This document shows, one piece after another, positions 1-7,406 of a stretch of DNA of 55,838 nt. Position 1 is the stretch's first letter; the number at the start of each line of letters is the position of its first letter. Below the pieces are notes generated by a model, which was not told the origin of the DNA, searched no databases, and saw only the letters and a list, made by a program, of their open reading frames with translations. The stretch lies in contig JAAYKG010000158.1 of the NCBI GenBank assembly GCA_012522555.1, forward strand, positions 1 through 55,838, written 5' to 3'. Made by a program: the position numbers and the translations under genes. This DNA is from Armatimonadota bacterium. GTDB lineage: Bacteria; Armatimonadota; UBA5829.

Positions 1-1227
1 ACCTTCGCCCCACCAACCACCTCTCGGGTTCCATATCTCTAACGCCATCCCGCAAAATCGCCCTCGGCCTTCGGTTTTGAGGACGGTCCAATCGATGCTG
101 CGTTCTTTTTCGGTAGGCAAAAACGCATCTCTGTGCCACTTTGCATGGAAACGGCCCAGTTGGTCGATGGATTTGGTGAGCGGGGCGTATGTGATGACGA
201 GCTGGGATTTGAACGGCTCGCGGCCCTCGTTGGTGATTTCTACAACCGCCTCTTTTGCAAACGGCATATACCAATAGGAGTATGCGTCGCGGGCAGTGAC
301 GCCCATCGGCAGCGATTTGTATTCGCTTAGCCCCGGCGCTGTTCCGAAAAAGTCGCCGATGGGAGACCACACGCTGGGCTGCTTCTCATTGTCCCAATAT
401 ATTTTCAGAACCACGCTGCGCAGTTGCTCGTCGGAATACCGTCTGCCGTTTATCATCGCATGCAGACTGGTGATAGCGTTAGGCCCTTTGATCCGAGCGA
501 CAGTCGCAGTTTCTCCGGCGGCGAGATCGATCAAAGGCGCAATGATAGTCCGGTTCTCACGTGTAACAGGGTCGGTTCCGAGTTTTCTGGTTATAAAAAG
601 GCTCGTTTTCTTCAGCGCCGCTTTTTCTTTAGGTCCGAGGTTTCGTGTGAATGTGGGCACAACCGTTCCTTTGGGAAAGGTCGTATAGTTGAATTCATAA
701 TACGCTCCCCAATCGCCCTGCCCGACTATTTTGCAGGATTTTTGGTATGGAATCGGCACATAACAGTTCCGACCTTGAGCGGTATCGTGGACAAGCCCGG
801 GGTAGTCGAATGGTGGGTTTTGCAGATTGAAATAGCCATCAAACGGCATATCTACAACAGGCTCAGTCGCATCATCGAGGTAGATCTTCACGTGCCCCTG
901 CTTTGCCAGCGCGGACCAGATTCGCCAAATGCACCCAGGCCCCTGCATCTCCGCAAATACCAGATCATCACCCTCTTTGCGAATGACGCCGAGGCCGTCC
1001 CAGTTGGCATCCCAGCCGATGTATTTGTCGGCTTGAGCGTCATATCGGCTGGCCCTGTCGTAACTCGACCACTGCGCACCGGTTTCTCCCCGCACCGGAA
1101 GAATCGCGAGTGACTCGAGATCAGTAAGCCTGTTGACGAGGTCGACGTAACTGAGAGTCTGCGCCGACAAGGAAGTCGCCAATAATAATATTAAAACGCC
1201 GATTATAATCCAACTCGCCCTCGACAT
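1..1227 (-). CDS. DUF2961/GH172-family glycoside-hydrolase-like secreted protein, C-terminus beyond the window edge
   Basis: Absent from the ORF track because no stop lies in the window. My translation of the minus strand from ATG 1225-1227 (AGGAGG 5 nt upstream) stays open to base 1. It reads MSRASWIIIGVLILLLLATSLSAQ (signal peptide), LTDLESLAILP, GPGCIWRIW, YYEFNYT, IYWDNE, IGDFFG and WWGEG, blocks I recognise from DUF2961 proteins. Confidence 0.85.
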   Translation of the reverse strand, partial: MSRASWIIIGVLILLLATSLSAQTLSYVDLVNRLTDLESLAILPVRGETGAQWSSYDRASRYDAQADKYIGWDANWDGLGVIRKEGDDLVFAEMQGPGCIWRIWSALAKQGHVKIYLDDATEPVVDMPFDGYFNLQNPPFDYPGLVHDTAQGRNCYVPIPYQKSCKIVGQGDWGAYYEFNYTTFPKGTVVPTFTRNLGPKEKAALKKTSLFITRKLGTDPVTRENRTIIAPLIDLAAGETATVARIKGPNAITSLHAMINGRRYSDEQLRSVVLKIYWDNEKQPSVWSPIGDFFGTAPGLSEYKSLPMGVTARDAYSYWYMPFAKEAVVEITNEGREPFKSQLVITYAPLTKSIDQLGRFHAKWHRDAFLPTEKERSIDWTVLKTEGRGRFCGMALEIWNPRGGWWGEG

Positions 1228-1282
1228 CTTGTCCTCCTGTGCAAGTCAACAAAATTCGGGAAGATATTGGCCACGAAGACCT

Positions 1283-1310
1283 CCGGTGGCGACACTGAGA
1301 TCGCCACCGG
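1283..1310. terminator. candidate terminator hairpin downstream of the 1348..2457 gene
   Basis: Perfect 10-bp inverted repeat CCGGTGGCGA-N8-TCGCCACCGG about 40 nt after the stop at 1348. There is no clean U-tract on the minus strand, so this is only a candidate. Confidence 0.35.
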
Positions 1311-1347
1311 CTTATTTCATTCTCGAATCATTATAGCTTCCAGCTCG

Positions 1348-2457
1348 TTAACGCCCTTTTACAACGTCCTTGATGACCGCACCGGCTTTGGGCTGGGCTG
1401 CGTTGTAATCCTCTCCGAGCAGGGCAGCGATTGTGGCTGCGATGTTGCTGGAGGTAACTTCGGGCGCGTTTTTGCGCTCCCCTAACACCGGAGTATCCGG
1501 CCCCATAAACGCCATCCAGGTCTTTTCCGAGCCAGGTATGCTGGCCGCATGACTCTTCCACCCTCCGCCCGCCTCGCCGCGGCCGTGGTCGGTACTTAAG
1601 ATCAACGTCGTTGTGCCTCTATATTCCGGCATCGCCTGCGCAGCATACCAAAGCTGTTTTACATAATCGTCAAAATATCGGGCAGCGTCAAGATATTCGT
1701 CATATCGGTTTTTGTGGGGAGCTACGTCGGTGTGGCCAACCATCACGAAGAACACACGAGGTTTGTTCTGTTTGAAATACTCAAGAGCGCTGTAGAAAGT
1801 GAGCGAATCCGGCGGCGCTCCTCCGCTGAGGCCAAAGGTTTCGGCTTTAATTCGATTGAGCAGTTCTTGTCGATCGGAGAGCTTGCCTGTTACAAGATCG
1901 AGTCCGCCGTTCACCAAAAACCCAGCGCGCTCACTGTTGAGAATATACGACATGGCATTCCACGAACCAAACGCGGCAACTTTACCTTTGAAAGCAGGCT
2001 TTCGATTCAGCCACTCAAATACACTGACATTGGGATTGTTTATGAGATCGTTGCTGTTTACTCCGGGATCGACATAGCCGCAGAATATCTCGCTATAACC
2101 CGGAAACGAGAACCAATACGGATTTTCCACTCGCGACGGGCTTTTAAGGTCTCTGTTGCCGTAGACTTGCCCTTTCTGAGCCACTGCAGTCCAAAAGAAC
2201 GGCATCAATACGCGGCGACGCTCGCTTGGAGTCTCCCGCCAATACTTCTGCCTGTAGGCAGCTTCGTCGCTGACGCCATTTTCTTTATTCAGCAATTCAT
2301 CGCTGGCGCCTCGGAAGACTTCTTCCCAGCGCATCCCGTCGGTCATCACAAAAATGATGTTTTTGGTCTTCATCTTCGCTGCAAATGCAGCGCCGCATAC
2401 CACAAACACCAACAGGGCCATCAAAAGCCCTCTCACGAAAAGAATTCTCTGTCTCAT
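1348..2457 (-). CDS. alkaline-phosphatase-superfamily enzyme (type I phosphodiesterase/nucleotide pyrophosphatase-like), secreted
   Basis: 369-aa ORF with AAGGAGG 5 nt upstream and an N-terminal signal peptide (LLMALLVFVVCGAAFAA). Metal-ligand-type blocks FVMTDGMRWEE, HTDVAPH and STDHGRG are present. Confidence 0.75.
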   Translation of the reverse strand: MRQRILFVRGLLMALLVFVVCGAAFAAKMKTKNIIFVMTDGMRWEEVFRGASDELLNKENGVSDEAAYRQKYWRETPSERRRVLMPFFWTAVAQKGQVYGNRDLKSPSRVENPYWFSFPGYSEIFCGYVDPGVNSNDLINNPNVSVFEWLNRKPAFKGKVAAFGSWNAMSYILNSERAGFLVNGGLDLVTGKLSDRQELLNRIKAETFGLSGGAPPDSLTFYSALEYFKQNKPRVFFVMVGHTDVAPHKNRYDEYLDAARYFDDYVKQLWYAAQAMPEYRGTTTLILSTDHGRGEAGGGWKSHAASIPGSEKTWMAFMGPDTPVLGERKNAPEVTSSNIAATIAALLGEDYNAAQPKAGAVIKDVVKGR

Positions 2458-2488
2458 TTCAGCCTCCTTATAGAGTATTACAACACTA

Positions 2489-3370
2489 TTACAAGAACAC
2501 TAGTTCGCCGGATTGGCCGGATAAGAATTTCTCCACTCTACGGCAGGATTCCTCGAAATACTCCGGCGTAGTCTCGAATCCTACAAAAGGTAAGTTCAAA
2601 GAACAAGCGGCTATGGCGCTGGAACCTATGCCTAAAAATGGGTCTATCACCAGCCGCGCGCGATCGACTCCGTGCAATCGAATGCATCGCTTTGGAAGTT
2701 CCACGGGAAATGTGGCGGGGTGCGGTCGCTCTTTGTCCCTGCTTTTTATTGTCTCATATGGAATGAACCACGTATTGCCACGGCAGTGTAGATCCGCTCC
2801 GTTGTTTGCCCAACGCGACACATTGGTCTTGTCTTGGTATGGCACACCTACTGCGAGCCTGTCCAATGGGGTCTTGGCGTGTTTAGTGAAGTGGAATATA
2901 TATTCGTGACAGTCGTTGAGAAAACGGCCGCTGTTGATGGGCTTATAGTGTCCGACCACTATATCCTGCGTGATGCCGGGGTAGTCCCCAACCTCGCTTT
3001 TCATAATCGCAATCGACTTCACCCAGTGGATGACATTTTGCAAAGCGAAGTATTGGTTCATAACTCGCAGAATCTGAAACGGCACTAGGGGGTCAGTCGG
3101 TTTCGAGCCGATGTTCAGGAACAACGAGCCATCATCGGACAGCACTCGCTTGGTTTCCTGTGCCCAATCGCCCATCCAACCCAGATAATGCTCACGTGAA
3201 ATGGCATCGTTATAGCCATTGTAGTTTATGCCCAGATTGTAAGGAGGCGAGGTTACGACGACATCCACACAGCCATCGGATAAATGTTCACGCATCCCAG
3301 CGACGCAATCGCCGAGATGCAGCTTGATCTGCACACCGTTCGTCTCAATAACTCTGGTTACTTCGTTCAC
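2489..3370 (-). CDS. beta-class N4-cytosine/N6-adenine DNA methyltransferase (orphan)
   Basis: 293-aa ORF with a GTG start. Catalytic motif IV TSPPY lies near the N-terminus and AdoMet motif I DPFLGIGSS near the C-terminus, which is the beta-class motif order. SPPY rather than DPPY favours m4C (inference). Confidence 0.8.
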   Translation of the reverse strand: MNEVTRVIETNGVQIKLHLGDCVAGMREHLSDGCVDVVVTSPPYNLGINYNGYNDAISREHYLGWMGDWAQETKRVLSDDGSLFLNIGSKPTDPLVPFQILRVMNQYFALQNVIHWVKSIAIMKSEVGDYPGITQDIVVGHYKPINSGRFLNDCHEYIFHFTKHAKTPLDRLAVGVPYQDKTNVSRWANNGADLHCRGNTWFIPYETIKSRDKERPHPATFPVELPKRCIRLHGVDRARLVIDPFLGIGSSAIAACSLNLPFVGFETTPEYFEESCRRVEKFLSGQSGELVFL

Positions 3371-3381
3371 ATTGACTGACT

Positions 3382-3675
3382 CTACTCGCGGGTTTTCAAT
3401 TTAGCGGATGCCAGCATTTTACCGATGAGCTTGGCATCGATTTCCCCTTCGTGTTTGCTCAATACTTTTCCTTCGGGAGTCATCAGCACACAAGCGGGCG
3501 CACTTGTGATTGAATATTCTTTCATAGCCTGTTTGCCGTCTTGATCGGCGGACTCCAACCCAAACATAGCGACCTCCCCTGAGGCTATCGGTTTGAGTTT
3601 GCTCAGTTGATCGGCGATCTGTGAGGCCGGGTTCTTATCTGACCCAACCAATAAAAGACCCAGTTTCGGAGTCAC
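3382..3675 (-). CDS. thioredoxin-fold protein without a CxxC motif (conservative GTG-start call; see 3715..3837)
   Basis: 97-aa ORF with a beta-alpha-beta pattern (GLLLVGSDKNPASQIADQL ... PACVLMTPEGKVL) typical of thioredoxin-like folds. The usual CxxC position reads SDKNPAS. Confidence 0.6.
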   Translation of the reverse strand: MTPKLGLLLVGSDKNPASQIADQLSKLKPIASGEVAMFGLESADQDGKQAMKEYSITSAPACVLMTPEGKVLSKHEGEIDAKLIGKMLASAKLKTRE

Positions 3676-3685
3676 AGCAGCTTTG

Positions 3686-3706
3686 TCCGTCGCAACCTGC
3701 GTCGGA
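3686..3706 (-). promoter_or_regulatory. mRNA hairpin 8 nt downstream of the in-frame TGA (SECIS-like candidate)
   Basis: The minus-strand RNA reads UGA GGGCCUAA UCCGaCGC-AGGUU-GCGaCGGA. The stem has seven base pairs (six G:C and one U:A) plus one A.A mismatch. The 5-nt loop contains GGU at nt 21-23, counted from the U of UGA. Confidence 0.3.
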
Positions 3707-3714
3707 TTAGGCCC

Positions 3715-3837
3715 TCATCCATCTCCGGGGCTGCAGATATGAGGCCCGCTCGGCTGCGCCACAAAAAGAGCCTGTGCTCCCACCCACAGCGCAATGAGCA
3801 CAACGGCGACCAAGACCAGCTTTACAGTATTGTTCAA
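3715..3837 (-). CDS. signal-anchor (single TM helix) segment ending at a TGA that is in frame with the downstream thioredoxin-fold ORF
   Basis: Below the 60-aa ORF-track cut-off. TTG 3835-3837 lies 6 nt after GGGAGG. Translation is LNNTVKLVLVAVVLIALWVGAQALFVAQPSGPHICSPGDG-TGA, and codon-by-codon counting shows the same frame as GTG 3675. Confidence 0.45.
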   Translation of the reverse strand: MNNTVKLVLVAVVLIALWVGAQALFVAQPSGPHICSPGDG

Positions 3838-3998
3838 CTCACGCCTCCCGACTAGTGCTATATCACTTATCTTATTCAGATAAACGAAAGTTCCTCCAGC
3901 ATTGGTTTATCTCCCTCAAACCCAATCAACAGGCTCACAATTTACCGAATATTTGCCGATAATAGCAATGACAATACTCAATAGAGAAGCGAGAGCAA

Positions 3999-4913
3999 AT
4001 GAACCACCCCATCCAGACAGAGAATCTTCGCAAGGTGTATAATCTTGGCCGTCGCAAAGGAACCCGTATAGCCGTCGATGCGTTGAATATCACCGTGCCT
4101 GATGGTGTAGTATTTGGTTTTCTTGGCCCAAACGGCGCCGGAAAGACCACTACTATCAAAATGTTGTTGGATTTCGTGCGGCCGACTGCCGGGTTAGCGA
4201 CCATATTTGGCAGCCCCACAACGTCGGCTTCGACGCGGAAACTGATTGGATACTTGCCGGAACAACCCTATTTTCACAAATTTCTTAGACCCATCGAAGT
4301 GGTATCAATGCACGCTTCGCTGGCGGGGGTTCCTCGGCAAGAGATCAAAAAGCAGTCACTGGCAGTCCTCGAGCGGGCAGGCATAGCTGAGTATGCCGAC
4401 ACCCCGATTGCCAAGCTATCCAAAGGCCTGACGCAAAGAGTCGGCTTGGCGCAGGCGATAGTGGGAGACCCCAGACTGCTGATTTTGGATGAGCCGACTT
4501 CCGGACTCGATCCAATCGGCAGGCGTCACGCGCGTGATCTGATTTTACAACTCAAAAACGAGGGCAAAACAGTATTTTTAAGCTCGCATCTGCTCAGCGA
4601 GGTGGAAAACACCTGCGACACAGTAGCGGTGCTGAAACGAGGTGAACTTGTGGCTTATGGAACTCCTGATGAAGTGCGGGCCGGGGATAAGCAATTCTCA
4701 ATTTGGATCGACAAACTTAAAATTGAGACAAGAGAGTTGCTGCGATTTGCAAATGTCAGCATAGAAGAGGCCAATTCCGGCACTCGAATCACCGTGTCGC
4801 CCGAGATGCTCTACTACGCGATGCGGATATTGGACAAATCCGGCGTAAAAATACTTCGAATGCAAAGTGAGCGCGAATCCCTCGAAGAGGCGTTTTTGCG
4901 TCTCGCGGCATAA
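3999..4913 (+). CDS. ABC transporter ATP-binding protein (ABC-2 exporter type)
   Basis: 304-aa ORF with Walker A GPNGAGKTT, signature LSKGLTQR and Walker B LLILDEPTSGLD. Confidence 0.9.
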   Translation: MNHPIQTENLRKVYNLGRRKGTRIAVDALNITVPDGVVFGFLGPNGAGKTTTIKMLLDFVRPTAGLATIFGSPTTSASTRKLIGYLPEQPYFHKFLRPIEVVSMHASLAGVPRQEIKKQSLAVLERAGIAEYADTPIAKLSKGLTQRVGLAQAIVGDPRLLILDEPTSGLDPIGRRHARDLILQLKNEGKTVFLSSHLLSEVENTCDTVAVLKRGELVAYGTPDEVRAGDKQFSIWIDKLKIETRELLRFANVSIEEANSGTRITVSPEMLYYAMRILDKSGVKILRMQSERESLEEAFLRLAA

Positions 4914-4932
4914 CAATATAAAGGCGGATAGA

Positions 4933-5700
4933 ATGACGGGAATCTGGATAATTGCAAGGATGTCGCTTTTGGAGAACAGCCGAAAGCAGGTTTTTCACGT
5001 GATGTGCCTGCTGATGCTGGCGGTAATTGCAAGCTCGACGATGCTGTCGATCTTCACCGAAGGCGTGCAAATTAAAATACTGAAAGACCTTTGTATGACG
5101 TGTATATTGTTTGGCGGGGCGGCGCTGGCTATCGCACTTGGAGCGACGGGCGTGCCAAACGATGTGGAGTCTCGCACAATTCATCCGCTTATGGCCCGAC
5201 CACTGACCAGGGTGCAGTATTTGATCGGCAAGTTTCTGGGCACATTCATCACGGTGTCTCTCGGCGTTGGGGCGATGGCAATAGCGTTCGGCGGGCTGAT
5301 CTTGATGTATCAGCACAGCATCGACTCGTCGCTGGGAATGGCGGTGCTTTTCACCTTGCTCGAGGTTGCTATTATCGCAGCTATCGCGACTATGATATCA
5401 ACGTTTGCTTCGCCCGCGGTCACTACGGTGTTGACGTTCATGATCTATCTCGCCGGGACGATCAAAATCGGCTATATCGGCGGGCTAATCGAGAAATCGC
5501 AGGCCGGACTTTCGAAGGCGCTCTATCTGCTGATATATCACGCGCTTCCTAATCTCGAGTGCTTCAATCTCAAATCCTCGCTGATTCATAATGACGTGAT
5601 CCCCGGCGCGTATCTCGGTCAGGTGGCGTTTTATGGTGTGTGCTACATCGTCTTTGCCCTGGCTGCCGGGTCATTGTATTTTGCAAGCAGGGAGGTGTAG
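4933..5700 (+). CDS. ABC-2 family transporter permease
   Basis: ORF-track frame 4867..5700 trimmed to ATG 4933 (AAGGCGGA upstream), which avoids overlap with the ATPase gene. About six hydrophobic segments. Follows the ATPase by 19 nt. Confidence 0.8.
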   Translation: MTGIWIIARMSLLENSRKQVFHVMCLLMLAVIASSTMLSIFTEGVQIKILKDLCMTCILFGGAALAIALGATGVPNDVESRTIHPLMARPLTRVQYLIGKFLGTFITVSLGVGAMAIAFGGLILMYQHSIDSSLGMAVLFTLLEVAIIAAIATMISTFASPAVTTVLTFMIYLAGTIKIGYIGGLIEKSQAGLSKALYLLIYHALPNLECFNLKSSLIHNDVIPGAYLGQVAFYGVCYIVFALAAGSLYFASREV

Positions 5701-5701
5701 C

Positions 5702-5911
5702 GTGCGTATAATCTTCATCATCTCTGCATTACTCGCTTCCGGCGGCGCTGCGATGGCTCATGGGGCGGAGGAATTGGGCCACCATTGGGAGATGCCGGCT
5801 TATCGCACTGAAATGTATTTGCAGATAATCCTCATGGCGGCAATAGCCGTCGCAGCTTATGGGGTTTCCGTGATTAAAGACATGCTCCGGCAGCGGAGGT
5901 CGAAGCAATGA
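5702..5911 (+). CDS. small membrane protein with His-rich ectodomain (signal peptide plus C-terminal TM)
   Basis: Frame of ORF 5633..5911 trimmed to GTG 5702 (GGGAGG 6 nt upstream, 1 nt after the permease stop). Sequence VRIIFIISALLASGGAAMA-HGAEELGHHWEMP... then the TM helix LQIILMAAIAVAAYGVSV. Confidence 0.55.
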   Translation: MRIIFIISALLASGGAAMAHGAEELGHHWEMPAYRTEMYLQIILMAAIAVAAYGVSVIKDMLRQRRSKQ

Positions 5912-6474
5912 AAAGAAAGATTGTGACTGCCGCCGCTATGTTTGTGCTGTTTGCAGGAATGTGTATCATCGAAAATAGCGCAGTTCGAGCAAGACCTGCC
6001 GAGCCGAAGGACAACGCATCTGCCATCTATCAGTTAGCCGGAGAGTTTCGCACGGTGTTTGCCAATTTGCTGTGGATAAAGGCGGATAAATATCATCATG
6101 AGTTCATTCAGCACGACCCGAACTGGTGTAACAATAAAGACCTCATCGGCCTGTTTAAGATGATAACCGCGCTTGACCCGCGCTTTGTTGAGGCGTATTC
6201 GGCCGGGACGTATATTTTGATGAACGGTTACGGCAATAATATCAAGGCGATGGGGTATCTGATGCAGGGCATAGAGGCTAATCCACGATCCCGAGAGCTA
6301 AACCAACTCGCCGCCGTATTATATGCCTATAAACTTAAGAACCCAAAGCGCGCGCTGCCGTATGCTCAGAGGGCGGTATGGTTTGCTGAAGATGACTTTT
6401 ATAAGAATGTCACCACACGCAGCCTGCGCTCGATTGAACGGATGGCGCGCGAACAGGAAGATCAGGACAAATAA
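5908..6474 (+). CDS. TPR-like helical-repeat protein with N-terminal signal/anchor
   Basis: 188-aa ORF whose ATG overlaps the previous stop (ATGA). It has a hydrophobic N-terminus and repeated helix pairs (DPRFVEAYSAGTYILMNGYGN..., NPRSRELNQLAAVLYAYKLKNPKRALPYAQRAV). Confidence 0.6.
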   Translation: MKRKIVTAAAMFVLFAGMCIIENSAVRARPAEPKDNASAIYQLAGEFRTVFANLLWIKADKYHHEFIQHDPNWCNNKDLIGLFKMITALDPRFVEAYSAGTYILMNGYGNNIKAMGYLMQGIEANPRSRELNQLAAVLYAYKLKNPKRALPYAQRAVWFAEDDFYKNVTTRSLRSIERMAREQEDQDK

Positions 6475-7406
6475 TCCGATAACGCAACTGCGATCGCTCC
6501 CATCAGCCCGGCTAGATCACCATTTGCCGCCGGGATAATTTTTACATCATCCGCCAGCGCCTTCATGGCTCGCTTTTGAACGGTTCTCGTGACTGGCTCA
6601 AACAGCATATCCCCGGCCTTTGCTACCCCACCACCGATTATAACTAACCGCGGATTCAGCACATTTACCACATTAGCGACACCAAGACCAAGGTGATACA
6701 TCGCGTCAGACCAAACCTTCACCGCAAATCCATCCCCTCTCGATGCGGCTTTTGCCACGGATTCCGCGGTTATCGGTGTATCGAGATTGTTCAGCATAGA
6801 TTGCGGATTATCGGAGAGGCCCCCGGCGGCGATTCTGGCGATAGCAGTGCCCGAACAAAGAGTTTCAAGGCAACCGCGATCGCCACAGTTGCACGCCGGC
6901 CCCTCCGGTATTATTGTGATATGACCGATCTCACCTGCGTTATCTCCGAACCCGCGATAAGGTTCGCCACCAATGATGATACCTCCGCCGATGCCTGTAG
7001 ATACTGTGAGATAGACAAAATCATCGACCTCCGCCCCCGCCCCAAACCTGGCCTCGCCAATTGCCGCTGCGGTTGCGTCGTTGTCGAGATAGGCGGGCGC
7101 TTGAAAGCGTTCGCTGAAAATCTGTGTCAGGCACAATCCCTCCCAGCCCGGAAGATTGGCGACTTTATGCAGCGTTCCAGTTTTTCGATCTAACGGCCCT
7201 CCGCAGCCGATACCGATAGCCGATATGCCGCCTCCCGCCTGTTGGACAACTTCATCGGCGGCAAGCAGGATGTTTTGGAGGTTTATCGTGGGGCCGTGGG
7301 CATTTGGCGTAAGGATGCGGTTGTGTGCGATGAGGGTGCCGTGTTGGTCCGCGACGCCTGCTATCGACTTGGTGCCGCCGATATCAATACCGAGGATCTT
7401 CATCAT
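6462..7406 (-). CDS. ROK-family sugar kinase (glucokinase-like)
   Basis: ORF-track frame 6462..7553 trimmed to ATG 7404-7406 (MMKILGIDIGGTKS), which overlaps the xylB stop as TGATG. ROK zinc motif GHITIIPEGPACNCGDRGCLE is present. Confidence 0.85.
   Translation of the reverse strand: MMKILGIDIGGTKSIAGVADQHGTLIAHNRILTPNAHGPTINLQNILLAADEVVQQAGGGISAIGIGCGGPLDRKTGTLHKVANLPGWEGLCLTQIFSERFQAPAYLDNDATAAAIGEARFGAGAEVDDFVYLTVSTGIGGGIIIGGEPYRGFGDNAGEIGHITIIPEGPACNCGDRGCLETLCSGTAIARIAAGGLSDNPQSMLNNLDTPITAESVAKAASRGDGFAVKVWSDAMYHLGLGVANVVNVLNPRLVIIGGGVAKAGDMLFEPVTRTVQKRAMKALADDVKIIPAANGDLAGLMGAIAVALSDYLS

Noticed and set aside
424-1113. 229-aa plus-strand ORF (also 296..688 +) at the left edge
   Set aside because: It lies antisense to the clearly recognisable DUF2961/GH172 frame, which I translated without interruption from 1227 to 1. 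Its sequence is Arg/Ser/Pro-rich with no motifs, so I treat it as a shadow ORF.
1714-2571. 285-aa plus-strand ORF
   Set aside because: It is antisense to the alkaline-phosphatase-family gene and runs into the methyltransferase gene. It has no RBS or recognisable motif, so I treat it as a shadow ORF.
3715-3717. TGA reassigned as a sense codon (genetic code 4 or 25) as an explanation for the in-frame stop
   Set aside because: Several well-defined genes in the window terminate at TGA at the family-expected length (xylB at 7406-7408, sbcD at 29993-29995, murC::murB at 50488-50490, ftsW at 53847-53849). Long ORFs are not fragmented under the standard code.
1348-3998. Restriction-modification system around the methyltransferase
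   Set aside because: No endonuclease-like, specificity-subunit or controller ORF occurs on either strand within the flanking genes, so the methyltransferase is called orphan.
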